Positions 7,907-17,203 of a stretch of DNA of 32,000 bases are shown here, piece by piece; position 1 is the stretch's first letter, and each line of letters starts with the position of its first letter. Below the pieces are notes generated by a model, which saw nothing but the letters and a program-made list of their open reading frames with translations, was not told the DNA's origin and did not search any database. Made by a program: the position numbers and the translations under genes. The stretch comes from Oscillospiraceae bacterium (GTDB lineage Bacteria > Bacillota > Clostridia > Oscillospirales > Oscillospiraceae). The stretch lies in the NCBI GenBank assembly GCA_034927685.1, contig JAYFPO010000023.1, positions 213,967 to 245,966 on the forward strand. The letters are read 5' to 3'.

Positions 7907-8262
7907 CGAAAAACCCGCGAATACTATACGTTTTTTTCATTTTATGCCTCCACGCCTTCCATGCAGTCCAACCCGTAAAGCATTTGGCCCCCTGGCTTAC
8001 GGCGCCGGAACAGGGCACAGGGGTCCGTCTGGAACACGATTTTCAACCGGCAGCGTTCCAAGGAACGGCCTCAACCCTTTCAGTTCAGTTTCTGTGCCTA
8101 ATGAACCACTTGATTCTCCGCTGCCCACGCGCCGGCGGTTTAATCTTTTGTCGCTGCGCTCCTCAAAATGACACGCGGGTTCCTTCCCATCCTGTTTCCC
8201 TCTTTGCTGAGTAGCGCACGCACCCTCCCGGCGTACAGCATGGCAGGCAGCCTGAAACGCGC

Positions 8263-8321
8263 AAAAAATGGCTGCTGAAAAACGAACAGTCAAAACTGTT
8301 TCGTTCTGCAGCAGCCATTTT
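8263..8321 (-). terminator. Intrinsic terminator downstream of spoVAC (hairpin usable on both strands)
   Basis: tggctgctg...cagcagcca outer stem plus aacgaacag/ctgtttcgtt inner stem. It is followed by TTTTTT on the minus strand and TTTT on the plus strand. Confidence 0.65.
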
Positions 8322-8398
8322 GACACATCACAACTTAACCGAAATCCCTTTGTCTTCTCTCGGTGCCCAGGCGACCATGCATCCTTGTGGGCTGCGGA

Positions 8399-8845
8399 CT
8401 ACAAAACCAGGGTCAGCCAGTAAATGACGCCGTAAATTGCGCTCGCGACGGTGCCAAATACAATGACCGGCCCCGCAATCACGAACATCTTGGCGCAGGT
8501 ACCCAGCGTGATCGACTCCGTCTTAAACTCCATGGCCGGCGCCACGATCGAATTGGCAAACCCGGTAATCGGAACCACCGTGCCCGCGCCTGCCAGCTTG
8601 GCGATGTTGTCGTAGACGCTGAGACCGGTCAGGAGCGCGCCCAAAAACACCATGCTGATGGAGGTGGCAGTGCCCGCGTTCTGCTGCGCCAGCCCCAGGG
8701 CCGTATAGCCGTTCTGAATCAGCTGCCCAATGACGCAAATCAGTCCGCCCGTCCAAAAAGCGTTCAGAATATTCTTCCAAATGGGAGAATTTGGCGACTG
8801 CCGCTTCACATAGGCTTTATACTCCTTTTGACTCATTTTGAGCAT
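8399..8845 (-). CDS. spoVAC: Stage V sporulation protein AC (SpoVAC, dipicolinate channel component)
   Basis: Conserved blocks seen: AFWTGGLICVIGQ, AGAGTVVPITGFANS and VIVFG. The 148-aa length is typical of SpoVAC. SD AAGGGGG lies 7 nt upstream of the ATG. Confidence 0.85.
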   Translation of the reverse strand: MLKMSQKEYKAYVKRQSPNSPIWKNILNAFWTGGLICVIGQLIQNGYTALGLAQQNAGTATSISMVFLGALLTGLSVYDNIAKLAGAGTVVPITGFANSIVAPAMEFKTESITLGTCAKMFVIAGPVIVFGTVASAIYGVIYWLTLVL

Positions 8846-8847
8846 AA

Positions 8848-8890
8848 TAAAACCCCCTTTGGCACTATTTTGGCCAAAAGGGGGTTTTTT
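8848..8890 (-). terminator. Intrinsic terminator after rplQ (end of the alpha operon)
   Basis: Minus strand reads cccccttttggcc-aaaatagt-gccaaaggggg followed by TTTTATTAT. The 3' arm contains the spoVAC SD. Confidence 0.6.
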
Positions 8891-8903
8891 ATCAGAAACT
8901 TTT

Positions 8904-9245
8904 TTAAACCAATTCGATGACTGCCGTCTCGGCTGCGTCGCCGCGGCGCGCGCCCAGTCTGGTCACTCTCGTGTAACCGCCGTTGCGCTCCTTGTACTTG
9001 GGAGCGACCTCGTCGAACAACTTCTTTGCCACGTCCTCGCGGGTCAGATAGGAAACGGCTCTGCGGTAGTTGGACAGGCCTCCCTTCTTACCCAGAGAAA
9101 TCAGCTTCTCTGTGATGGGCTGGACTTCCTTGGCACGGCAGAACGTCGTCTCCAGCTTGCCCTTTTCCAGCAGATCGGTGGCCTGCTGCCGGAGCAGCGC
9201 TTTTCTCTGTGTGCTGGTCTTGCCCAGCTTACGGGTTCCAAACAT
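8904..9245 (-). CDS. rplQ: 50S ribosomal protein L17 (bL17)
   Basis: MFGTRKLGKTSTQRKALLRQQ... matches the bL17 family. Last gene of the alpha operon. Confidence 0.95.
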   Translation of the reverse strand: MFGTRKLGKTSTQRKALLRQQATDLLEKGKLETTFCRAKEVQPITEKLISLGKKGGLSNYRRAVSYLTREDVAKKLFDEVAPKYKERNGGYTRVTRLGARRGDAAETAVIELV

Positions 9246-9270
9246 CGTCTTTACCTCCTTCTAACAAGGC

Positions 9271-10236
9271 TCAGTTATTATTGTTGTTGGCGGAATCATC
9301 GCTGGCCAGGCTGAGGCCCATCATCGCCAACTTGTTCTGCACTTCTTCCAGCGACTTTCTGCCCATGTTGCGAACCTTCATCATGTCCTCGCCGCTTCTG
9401 GAGATCAGATCCTCGACGTTGTTGATGTTGGCACGCTTTAGGCAGTTGAAGCTACGAACCGACAGGTCCAGCTCCTCAATGGTGAGCTCCAAGACCTTGT
9501 CGCGATGTGACTCCACCTTGTCGACCACGGTGGACTTACTGGCTACGTTCTCCGAGAGATCCGTGAACAGCGCCAGATGATCGGTCAGGATTTTTGCGCC
9601 GAGGGATACCGCGTCTCTCGCAGAGATCGTGGAATCCGTCCATACCTCAAGTGTCAGCTTGTCATAGTCGGTCATGTTGCCCACGCGGGTGTTCTCCACC
9701 GTATAGTTGACTTTGTAGACCGGCGTGTAGATCGAGTCGATTGCAATGACGCCAATGGGCATCTGGGGATTCTTGTTCCGGTCCGCCGGCACATAGCCGC
9801 GGCCGTGACTCATGGTGATCTCCATGTTGAAGGTCGCATCCGGACCCAAAGTGCAGAGATGCAGCTCCGGGTTCAGAATTTCCACGTCGGAATCCGCTTT
9901 GATGTCGCCGGCCGTGACCTCGCACTCGCCAGTCGCGTCAATATAAACGGTCTTCACACCCTGGCAGTGCAGCCGGGCAATGATCTTCTTCACGTTCAGC
10001 ACGATCTCCGTCACGTCTTCCTTGACGCCGGGAATCGTAGAAAACTCATGCTGTACACCGGCGATCTTGATGGAGGTCGCGGCGGTGCCTGGCAGGGAAG
10101 AAAGAAGAATCCTTCTCAGGGAATTGCCCAGGGTCGTGCCATAGCCTCTCTCCAGCGGTTCTACGACATATTTGCCGTAGGCGCCGTTTTCGGGAGAATC
10201 CAAACACTCAATGCGGGGCTTCTCAATTTCTACCAT
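9271..10236 (-). CDS. rpoA: DNA-directed RNA polymerase subunit alpha
   Basis: [14 protein letters not shown]...[31 protein letters not shown] is the canonical RpoA N-terminus. The C-terminal domain has [17 protein letters not shown]. Confidence 0.97.
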   Translation of the reverse strand: MVEIEKPRIECLDSPENGAYGKYVVEPLERGYGTTLGNSLRRILLSSLPGTAATSIKIAGVQHEFSTIPGVKEDVTEIVLNVKKIIARLHCQGVKTVYIDATGECEVTAGDIKADSDVEILNPELHLCTLGPDATFNMEITMSHGRGYVPADRNKNPQMPIGVIAIDSIYTPVYKVNYTVENTRVGNMTDYDKLTLEVWTDSTISARDAVSLGAKILTDHLALFTDLSENVASKSTVVDKVESHRDKVLELTIEELDLSVRSFNCLKRANINNVEDLISRSGEDMMKVRNMGRKSLEEVQNKLAMMGLSLASDDSANNNNN

Positions 10237-10315
10237 TTACTAAATACCCTCCTTGTAACTGCGAAACAACGCTTCGCTGCCGATTTTCAGCTTACCAATA
10301 GACGAGGGTCAAGCA

Positions 10316-10912
10316 TTACTTGGAGTACAATTCGACGATCAGATGCTCTTCAATCTCGAAGTCGATGTCGTCTCTTGCGGGCATCGCAATAACCTTGCCC
10401 TGAAGGGTGTTTTTGTCTCTGTCCAGCCACTTGGGGGCCGCGACAAAAGCATCGGCTTCCTTCATCATCTTGAAACGGGTAGCGGATTGGCTCTTCTCGC
10501 AGACTGCGATCACATCATCCACCTTCACCAGATAGGAGGGGATGTTGACGCGCTTGCCGTTGACGATAAAATGGCCATGGTTGACCATCTGACGGGCTTC
10601 GCGGCGAGACGCGGCAAAGCCGAGACGGTAAACAACATTGTCCAATCTGCGCTCAATGAGGCTCAGCAGGTTTTCACCGGTGTTGCCGCCGGCGCGGTCG
10701 GCTTTCTCGTAGTACATCCGGAACTGTTTCTCCAGAATGCCATATACGAATCTAACCTTCTGTTTTTCCTGGAGCTGGAGTGCATATTCGGATTTCTTAT
10801 GCCGTCTCTGACCGCCGGGGTTTTTATTGGAAGACTTATTATAGCCCATGGCAGCGGGAGATACGCCAAGGGTTCTGCAGCGCTTGAGAATCGGCTGTGT
10901 ATTCTTCGCCAT
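10316..10912 (-). CDS. rpsD: 30S ribosomal protein S4 (uS4)
   Basis: Start trimmed to MAKNTQPILKRCRTLG (ATG 10912, GGAGGAAAC upstream). The uS4 family sequence ends with ...IVELYSK. Confidence 0.95.
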   Translation of the reverse strand: MAKNTQPILKRCRTLGVSPAAMGYNKSSNKNPGGQRRHKKSEYALQLQEKQKVRFVYGILEKQFRMYYEKADRAGGNTGENLLSLIERRLDNVVYRLGFAASRREARQMVNHGHFIVNGKRVNIPSYLVKVDDVIAVCEKSQSATRFKMMKEADAFVAAPKWLDRDKNTLQGKVIAMPARDDIDFEIEEHLIVELYSK

Positions 10913-10935
10913 TACTTTGTTTCCTCCTTCACGAA

Positions 10936-11337
10936 TTAGACACGGCGTCTCTTGGGAGGACGGCAACCATTGTGAGGAATGGGAGTGACGTCCTTAATCA
11001 TGGTAACGTCGAGACCGGCGGACTGCAGCGCGCGAATCGCGGCTTCACGTCCCTGACCGGGTCCCTTCACGTACACTTCCACGGTCTTGAGGCCGTAGCT
11101 CTCAATTGCGGCCTTGGCAGCGGTTTCCGCAGCCATCTGGGCGGCAAATGGAGTGGACTTCTTGGAGCCGCGGAAACCCAGCCCGCCGGAGGAGGCCCAG
11201 GACAGCGCATTACCATTGGCATCCGTCAAGGTAACCATGGTATTATTGAACGAAGAGCGGATATGCGCGGTGCCCTTCTCTACATTTTTCCGCTCGCGGC
11301 GGCGCTTAACAACTTTTTTTGCAGCAGCTTTGGCCAT
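10936..11337 (-). CDS. rpsK: 30S ribosomal protein S11 (uS11)
   Basis: ...[30 protein letters not shown]... matches the uS11 family. Confidence 0.96.
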   Translation of the reverse strand: MAKAAAKKVVKRRRERKNVEKGTAHIRSSFNNTMVTLTDANGNALSWASSGGLGFRGSKKSTPFAAQMAAETAAKAAIESYGLKTVEVYVKGPGQGREAAIRALQSAGLDVTMIKDVTPIPHNGCRPPKRRRV

Positions 11338-11351
11338 GACATATCCCTCCC

Positions 11352-11720
11352 TTACTTCTTCTTATTTGCAATGGTCTTTTTGGGGCCCTTGCGAGTTCTG
11401 GCGTTGGTCTTCGTGCGCTGACCGTGAACGGGCAGACCGCGACGGTGACGAACCCCGCGATAACAGCCGATTTCGGTCATCCGCTTGATGTTCAGCGCAA
11501 CCTCGCGCCGCTTATCGCCTTCAATGATATAGTTCTTATCAATGACCTCGCGAAGCGCGGCCTCCTGATCCTCAGTCAAATCCTTGACGCGGGTATCGGG
11601 ATTGATGCCGGCCTTCTGCAAAATTTCGCTTGCGCTTTTTCTGCCGATGCCGAAAATATAAGTCAGTCCGATTTCAATTCTTTTTTCTCTGGGCAGGTCA
11701 ATACCAGCAATACGTGCCAT
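11352..11720 (-). CDS. rpsM: 30S ribosomal protein S13 (uS13)
   Basis: [26 protein letters not shown]... matches the uS13 family. Confidence 0.96.
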   Translation of the reverse strand: MARIAGIDLPREKRIEIGLTYIFGIGRKSASEILQKAGINPDTRVKDLTEDQEAALREVIDKNYIIEGDKRREVALNIKRMTEIGCYRGVRHRRGLPVHGQRTKTNARTRKGPKKTIANKKK

Positions 11721-11740
11721 ATTTCTTAAAGCACCTCCTA

Positions 11741-11854
11741 TCAGCCTTGTCTTTGCTTATGCTTGGGATTTTCGCAAATTACCATTACGCGGCCCTTGCG
11801 CTTAATGACTTTGCATTTGTCGCACATGGGCTTTACGGACGGTCTAACTTTCAT
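11741..11854 (-). CDS. rpmJ: 50S ribosomal protein L36 (bL36), zinc-binding form
   Basis: Not in the ORF track (37 aa). Reverse translation gives [43 protein letters not shown] lies upstream of ATG 11854. Confidence 0.93.
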   Translation of the reverse strand: MKVRPSVKPMCDKCKVIKRKGRVMVICENPKHKQRQG

Positions 11855-11884
11855 ACTGTTACCTCCATTTGAGAACAACTGTCT

Positions 11885-12103
11885 CTACTTGCTTCTCCAC
11901 GTGATCCTTCCGCGGGTCAGATCGTACGGAGACATCTGTACCGTTACCTTGTCGCCGGGAAGAATCTTGATAAAATTCATCCGGAGCTTGCCGGAAATGT
12001 GTGCCAGAATGATGTGGCCGTTGCCGATATCAACGGAAAACATTGCATTCGGCAGCGCATCAGTTACGATGCCCTCAAGCTCGATTACGTCGTCTTTGGC
12101 CAA
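11885..12103 (-). CDS. infA: Translation initiation factor IF-1
   Basis: (M)[71 protein letters not shown] gives the canonical 72 aa if the TTG at 12103 is the start. The track ORF's N-terminal extension is not IF-1-like. Confidence 0.9.
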   Translation of the reverse strand: MAKDDVIELEGIVTDALPNAMFSVDIGNGHIILAHISGKLRMNFIKILPGDKVTVQMSPYDLTRGRITWRSK

Positions 12104-12104
12104 G

Positions 12105-12398
12105 TTAATTTTTACCCCCTTGGTTTTGACATGGAAGAGTTTGGCAAAATACCGCCAACTCTCTTCGTAAATCACTGTTGAGTACTTTGTCGCCGGAGCG
12201 CAGCTTTGCCGCGACTCTGGATTCAGCCCGGGCAGCCAGCCGGAGTTGCCTGCGGTTTTTCCGCTTCGGCTTTTCCAGCTTTCTGTTTTTCCCGTCGGCG
12301 ATCAGGACGTACTCTCCTTCCGTCTCAATGACGAAGAAGTACTTCCCTCTGTCGCGGCCGGACAAGGCAGTGACGATGTCCGACTTTGATAGTTCCAT
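12105..12398 (-). CDS. KOW-domain RNA-binding protein (small L14E-like protein commonly found between map and infA in Firmicutes)
   Basis: [48 protein letters not shown]. Identification rests on position and the KOW-like N-terminus. Confidence 0.7.
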   Translation of the reverse strand: MELSKSDIVTALSGRDRGKYFFVIETEGEYVLIADGKNRKLEKPKRKNRRQLRLAARAESRVAAKLRSGDKVLNSDLRRELAVFCQTLPCQNQGGKN

Positions 12399-12403
12399 AT
12401 CTT

Positions 12404-13159
12404 CTATCGCTCCCCGGCGACGGTGAGAATTTCCGGCTCGCCGTCTTGAATGAGCACAGTATTTTCATAGTGGGCCGCAAGCTTCCCGTCCTTTGTCACC
12501 GTTGTCCAGTGGTCCTTCAGCACCTCGACTTCCCAGGTGCCCACATTGACCATGGGTTCAATGGCGATCGTCATTCCGCGAATCAGCCTCGGTCCTCTTC
12601 CCGGAGCACCGTAATTCGGTACGCTCGGCTCCTCGTGCATGTTTGCGCCGACGCCGTGACCGACGAAGTCGCGAACCACAGAAAAGCCGTTTTTCTCCAC
12701 ATAGCTCTGTACGGCATGGGAGATATCAGAGACACGATAGCCCTGGCGCGCAAATTTCAGCCCCTCGAAAAAACTCTGCCTCGTGACATCAATGAGCCTC
12801 TTTGCCTCCGGTGAAATCTCGCCGCAGGCATAGGTTGCGGCACAGTCGCCATGAAAGCCTCCATAGTACGCGCCCACGTCCACGCTGACGATGTCGCCTT
12901 CCCGCAGCTTCCGATGGTTCGGAATGCCGTGGATCACGACTTCGTTGACAGAAACACACGCGCTGGCGGGATAACCGCCGTAATGGAGAAAAGATGGCGT
13001 CGCGCCTTGCGACATGATAAAATCGTGAACCGCTTTGTCGATCTCAAGCGTGGTGACGCCGGGCCTTACCATTTTACCTGCCAGGGCACGCGCTTCCGCG
13101 GTAATTTTACAGGCCTTGCGCATCACGACGAGTTCGCGCTCAATTTTTACAGGTATCAT
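12404..13159 (-). CDS. map: Type I methionine aminopeptidase
   Basis: MAP1 family sequence: ...VVIHGIPNHRKLREGDIVSVDVGAYYGGFHGD..., FVGHGVG, TIAIEPM. The start overlaps the adk stop by 4 nt. Confidence 0.95.
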   Translation of the reverse strand: MIPVKIERELVVMRKACKITAEARALAGKMVRPGVTTLEIDKAVHDFIMSQGATPSFLHYGGYPASACVSVNEVVIHGIPNHRKLREGDIVSVDVGAYYGGFHGDCAATYACGEISPEAKRLIDVTRQSFFEGLKFARQGYRVSDISHAVQSYVEKNGFSVVRDFVGHGVGANMHEEPSVPNYGAPGRGPRLIRGMTIAIEPMVNVGTWEVEVLKDHWTTVTKDGKLAAHYENTVLIQDGEPEILTVAGER

Positions 13160-13794
13160 TGCGGAATCCCCAATGCCGCCAGAATGTCACGAGTCGCATG
13201 TTCGATGGGCTGATCGCCATTCACAAGCTTCAGCTTATGAAGGTTTTCGTAAAAGCCCTTGAGCGCCTCGGTCTCCTCGTGGAACACCTTCAGCCTGTTT
13301 TTCACGGTTTCCGGCGCGTCGTCCTTGCGGACAACGAGCGCTCCGCCGCAGGCGTCGCAGATGCCCTCGCGTTTGGGCGGGTTTGCCGTAATATGATAGC
13401 TTACGCCGCAGCTGCCGCAGACGCGGCGGCCAGTCATTCGCTTTTCAATCACAGCGTCGTCGATCTCAATGGATATGACACAGTCCATCTGAACGCCCGC
13501 ATCCTCCAGAGCCTGGGCCTGTGGGATGGTGCGCGGCATGCCGTCCAGAATAAAGCCGCCCGCGCAGTCGTCTCTGCGGACCCGTTCCGCGACGATGCCG
13601 ATGATGACATCGTCAGGAACGAGTTTGCCCGCGTCCATGAAGCTCTTGGCCTTCAAGCCGATCTCCGTGCCGTTTTTGATGGCCTCTCTGAGAATATTCC
13701 CCGTAGAGATGGTAGGAATACCCAACTTGGCGGCAATAATTTCCGCCTGGGTCCCCTTCCCCGCGCCGGGGGCGCCTAACAAAATCAGCTTCAT
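13156..13794 (-). CDS. adk: Adenylate kinase (Cys4 zinc-lid type)
   Basis: MKLILLGAPGAGKGTQAEII P-loop. The lid has CGSCG...CDACGG. Confidence 0.96.
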   Translation of the reverse strand: MKLILLGAPGAGKGTQAEIIAAKLGIPTISTGNILREAIKNGTEIGLKAKSFMDAGKLVPDDVIIGIVAERVRRDDCAGGFILDGMPRTIPQAQALEDAGVQMDCVISIEIDDAVIEKRMTGRRVCGSCGVSYHITANPPKREGICDACGGALVVRKDDAPETVKNRLKVFHEETEALKGFYENLHKLKLVNGDQPIEHATRDILAALGIPQ

Positions 13795-13808
13795 CGTTAC
13801 TCCACCCC

Positions 13809-15083
13809 TTATTCCAAGAAGCCCTTATAGTGCCGCATCAGCATCTGTGCTTCCAAAGCGGAGACAGTTTCGAGTGCGACGCCGACCACGATAATGACGG
13901 ACGTGCCACCGATGGCCAATCTGGAAACGCCAATGATGTTGCCGACCACGATGGGCAGCAGGGCGACAACGCCCAGATAGAGCGCGCCAAAGAGAACGAT
14001 CTTATTGATGGTCTTGTGAATGAAGTCCGCGGTAGGCCGGCCAGGACGGAACCCGGGAATAAAGCCACCGTTCTTCTTCAGGTTGTTGGAGATCTCCACC
14101 GGATTATACTGCACCGTCGAATAGAAATAGCTGAACAGAATAATCAGTATGAAATAGATAATCGCATAGAGTGTGCTGTTGTTGCTGAATACGTGATCGT
14201 ACCACCAGCCCGAGGTCTTGCTGATAAATGCGCAGATGGTCGCTGGAATCGATGCAATGGACTGCGCAAAGATGATCGGCAGAACGCCGGACATGTTGAC
14301 CTTGATGGGCAGATGGGTGTTCTGACCGCCATATATCTTGCGGCCCACCACCCGTTTTGCGTACTGGACGGGAATTCTGCGCTCGGCGTTCGTAATGAAC
14401 ACGATAAACGTTACCAGCAGCAACGCGCCAAGAATCAGCAAAATTGCGGTGTACCACTGGATGGTGCCGCTCTGTAGGCTGGAAATCATCGTGCCGATCA
14501 GGCTCGGAATTCTGGAGATGATGCCGGCAAACAGAATCATGGAGATGCCGTTTCCAATACCAAACTCCGTAATCTGCTCGCCCAGCCACATCACGACGGA
14601 AGCACCGGCGGTGAAGGACAGAATGACAACGACCGCCGGCAGCACGCCGGTCTCGTTCAAGAGCGAGTAATTGTGCAGCATCACATAGTAGGCGTAGCCC
14701 ATAAGCAGGCCGAGGCCAATGGTCGTGTAGCGCGTAATCTTATTGATCTTTTTCTTGCCCTCTTCGCCTTCCTCTTTCGAGAGTCGCTCCAGATAGGGAA
14801 TGGCGATGGTCAGAAGCTCAATAATGATGGATGCGTTGATATACGGCTGAATGCTGAGCGCAAACAGCGTTGCGTTGGAAAACGCGGAGCCGGACATAGC
14901 GTTGTACATGCCCAGAATCGTGTTCGCCAGATGGTAATTGAAGTAGCTGTTCAGTGCTTCCACGTTGACGTATGGAACCGGAACTGCGTTACCCAGCCGA
15001 AAGATCAGAAGAACCAGCAGGGTAAACAGAAGTTTTTTTCGCAGTTCAGGGATTTTCCAGGCATTACGCAGTGTAGTAAACAC
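13809..15083 (-). CDS. secY: Preprotein translocase subunit SecY
   Basis: 424 aa, about 10 TM segments, ...LFALSIQPYINASIIIELL..., and the expected position after rplO. Confidence 0.96.
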   Translation of the reverse strand: MFTTLRNAWKIPELRKKLLFTLLVLLIFRLGNAVPVPYVNVEALNSYFNYHLANTILGMYNAMSGSAFSNATLFALSIQPYINASIIIELLTIAIPYLERLSKEEGEEGKKKINKITRYTTIGLGLLMGYAYYVMLHNYSLLNETGVLPAVVVILSFTAGASVVMWLGEQITEFGIGNGISMILFAGIISRIPSLIGTMISSLQSGTIQWYTAILLILGALLLVTFIVFITNAERRIPVQYAKRVVGRKIYGGQNTHLPIKVNMSGVLPIIFAQSIASIPATICAFISKTSGWWYDHVFSNNSTLYAIIYFILIILFSYFYSTVQYNPVEISNNLKKNGGFIPGFRPGRPTADFIHKTINKIVLFGALYLGVVALLPIVVGNIIGVSRLAIGGTSVIIVVGVALETVSALEAQMLMRHYKGFLE

Positions 15084-15524
15084 TTACACCACCTCGGCCT
15101 TTCCACCTGCCTGCTCGATTTTTTCCTTGGCAGATGCGGAAAATGCGGCGGCCTTCACCGTAAGCTTTTTCGTCAGTTTCCCATTCGCAATCAGCTTCAG
15201 GCCATACTTGCACTCGTGAATGATCCCCTTTTGGATCAGCGCGGCGGCGTCAACCTCCGCACCGTCCTCAAACAGATTCAGCGCGCCAATATTGACCGCA
15301 GTCAAAGGCTTTGCATAGATATTGTGGAAGCCGCGCTTCGGAACCCGGCGCGCCAGAGGCATCTGGCCGCCTTCGAAACCGACCCGGATCTTGCCGCCGG
15401 AACGGGCCTTCTGGCCCTTGTGTCCACGGCCGGCGGTCTTGCCATTGCCGGTCGCGGTACCGCGACCTTTCCGTTTTCCAACGTGGGTGGAACCCAGTAC
15501 GGGAGCAAGTTCATGTAATTCCAT
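15084..15524 (-). CDS. rplO: 50S ribosomal protein L15 (uL15)
   Basis: Start trimmed to [44 protein letters not shown] (ATG 15524, GGAGGAGAC upstream). Confidence 0.94.
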   Translation of the reverse strand: MELHELAPVLGSTHVGKRKGRGTATGNGKTAGRGHKGQKARSGGKIRVGFEGGQMPLARRVPKRGFHNIYAKPLTAVNIGALNLFEDGAEVDAAALIQKGIIHECKYGLKLIANGKLTKKLTVKAAAFSASAKEKIEQAGGKAEVV

Positions 15525-15537
15525 TCTTGTCTCCTCC

Positions 15538-15720
15538 TTAGTCTTGCTTGGTGACTTCCAGCAGATAGCCAATTTGGCGGATCTTACCGGCGGTCACATC
15601 GTTGTCGGGCTGGACAGTCTCCTGGCCGATCTTATGAAGGCCAAGGGATTCCGCAGTCTCAATGTGCTTCTTAAGGCGGCCCGAAAGGCTCTTCGCCAGC
15701 TTGATTTTATAAGTTGCCAT
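15538..15720 (-). CDS. rpmD: 50S ribosomal protein L30 (uL30)
   Basis: [33 protein letters not shown]... matches the uL30 family. Confidence 0.93.
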   Translation of the reverse strand: MATYKIKLAKSLSGRLKKHIETAESLGLHKIGQETVQPDNDVTAGKIRQIGYLLEVTKQD

Positions 15721-15738
15721 CTCTTTTTCCCGCCCTCC

Positions 15739-16248
15739 TTAACCGACGATCTGTTCCACGCTCAGGCCTCTCGTGCGGGCAACCTCTTCCGCGCCGCGGA
15801 GAGAAGTCAGACCCTGCATGGTAGCCTTTACCACGTTCTGCGGATTGTTGGAGCGCAGGCACTTGGTACGGACGTTGGTGATACCCACCGCCTCCATAAC
15901 CGCGCGAACTGCGCCGCCGGCGATGACGCCGGTGCCGTCGGGAGCGGGCTTCAGAAGAACCTCACCGGCGCCAAACTTGCCGATGATCTCGTGGGGGATG
16001 GTCGTACCGGAGGTGGTCACATGCACCATATTCTTCTTAGCGCTGGCAATCCCTTTCAGAATTGCCTCGGAAACCTCGGACGCCTTGCCCAGGCCATAGC
16101 CGACGGTACCCTTGCCGTCGCCAACGACGACCAGCGCGGAGAATTTCATGACGCGACCGCCCTTGACGGTCTTGGATACACGGTTCAGGTTGACGACCTT
16201 CTCAATGAACTCGGGAGCAGTAGCTTCTGCTTGTCTGTTGTAAGCCAT
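15739..16248 (-). CDS. rpsE: 30S ribosomal protein S5 (uS5)
   Basis: ...[39 protein letters not shown]... matches the uS5 family. Confidence 0.96.
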   Translation of the reverse strand: MAYNRQAEATAPEFIEKVVNLNRVSKTVKGGRVMKFSALVVVGDGKGTVGYGLGKASEVSEAILKGIASAKKNMVHVTTSGTTIPHEIIGKFGAGEVLLKPAPDGTGVIAGGAVRAVMEAVGITNVRTKCLRSNNPQNVVKATMQGLTSLRGAEEVARTRGLSVEQIVG

Positions 16249-16268
16249 TTAATCTTCCTCCTCCTGAC

Positions 16269-16628
16269 TTAAAATTCGAGTCCGCCTTCGCGGGCGCCAT
16301 CGGCCAACGCTGCGACACGGCCGTGATAGATGCAACCGCCACGGTCAAATACGACAACGTCGATACCCTTTGCCTTGGCGCGCTGCGCAACCAGCAGGCC
16401 CACCTTCTTGGCAGCCTCGCAGTTGCCGGCAGCTCCTTCGAACTCCTTGTCCAACGTGGACGCAGAAGCCAGGGTGACGCCATTGACATCGTCAATGATC
16501 TGCGCATAGATGTTCATATTGCTGCGGTATACGTTCAGCCGAGGTCTCTCGGGTGTGCCGGAGATCTTGCCGCGCACTCTGATGTGGCGCTTTGCCCGCT
16601 GCGCTTTCTTATCAATTCTACTTACCAT
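16269..16628 (-). CDS. rplR: 50S ribosomal protein L18 (uL18)
   Basis: [37 protein letters not shown]... Start placed at ATG 16628, 8 nt after AGGAGG. The track start is an upstream GTG. Confidence 0.94.
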   Translation of the reverse strand: MVSRIDKKAQRAKRHIRVRGKISGTPERPRLNVYRSNMNIYAQIIDDVNGVTLASASTLDKEFEGAAGNCEAAKKVGLLVAQRAKAKGIDVVVFDRGGCIYHGRVAALADGAREGGLEF

Positions 16629-16643
16629 TCCGCACACCTCCTC

Positions 16644-17189
16644 TTATTTCTTACCGCCGGCCTTGCCCTCTTTGCGGCGAATGACCTCGGCAGCATATTT
16701 GATTCCCTTGCCCTTATAGGGTTCCGGGGGTCTCTTTCCTCTGATCTCGGCAGCGACCTGACCGACCTTCTGCTTGTCGGGACCGCTGACGATGATCTTA
16801 TTGGGGGTGGGCGCTTCCAGCGTCACATCGCCCGATTCCTCGACGACGATGGGATGGGAATAGCCCAGGCTCATGACCAGCTTCTTGCCGTCCTTCAGCA
16901 CACGGTAGCCTACGCCGTTGACCTCAAGATCCTTGTGGAATCCCTCGGAAACGCCGACGACCATGTTGTGCAGCAGGCTACGGGTCAGGCCGTGGAGCGC
17001 CTTGGTCTCAGTCTCGTCATTGGGACGAGACACAGACAGGATATTATCGTCCTGCCGGATGGTCATCATGGCGCAGAGCTGCTGCTGCAGCGTGCCCTTG
17101 GGACCTTTGACTGTGACCATGTTGCCGTCGGCAACAGCGACTTCCACGCCGGCCGGTACAGTGATGTGCATTTTGCCAATTCTAGACAT
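16644..17189 (-). CDS. rplF: 50S ribosomal protein L6 (uL6)
   Basis: MSRIGKMHITVPAGVEVAVADGNMVTVKGPKGTL... matches the uL6 family. Confidence 0.96.
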   Translation of the reverse strand: MSRIGKMHITVPAGVEVAVADGNMVTVKGPKGTLQQQLCAMMTIRQDDNILSVSRPNDETETKALHGLTRSLLHNMVVGVSEGFHKDLEVNGVGYRVLKDGKKLVMSLGYSHPIVVEESGDVTLEAPTPNKIIVSGPDKQKVGQVAAEIRGKRPPEPYKGKGIKYAAEVIRRKEGKAGGKK

Positions 17190-17203
17190 AATGTGTTCCT
17201 CCC

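Noticed and set aside
7907-8262. Possible known riboswitch or housekeeping RNA
   Set aside because: By eye I could not find a B12 box, a T-box (GGUGGUACCGCG), GEMM, ydaO, TPP (CUGAGA), FMN, SAM-I, glycine or ykkC signatures. RNase P P4, SRP or tmRNA motifs were also absent on both strands. A covariance-model scan is still required.
7885-8326. ORFs 7885-8214 (+), 7944-8171 (+) and 7997-8326 (-) in the spoVAC/surface-protein intergenic region
   Set aside because: No SD and no recognisable family. One starts inside a terminator hairpin. Composition is not protein-like. The region is treated as non-coding (see finding).
8363-8920. 185-aa plus-strand ORF overlapping spoVAC
   Set aside because: It is antisense to a clear SpoVAC homolog, spans the rplQ terminator and is Arg/His-rich. 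It is a shadow ORF.
10316-10966. N-terminal extensions offered by the ORF track for rpsD, rplO, rplR, infA, the M20 gene, the GT2 gene and the OFOR beta and gamma subunits
   Set aside because: In each case an internal start gives the canonical family N-terminus and is preceded by a GGAGG-type SD at 5-11 nt. The upstream extension overlaps the preceding gene or lacks an SD.
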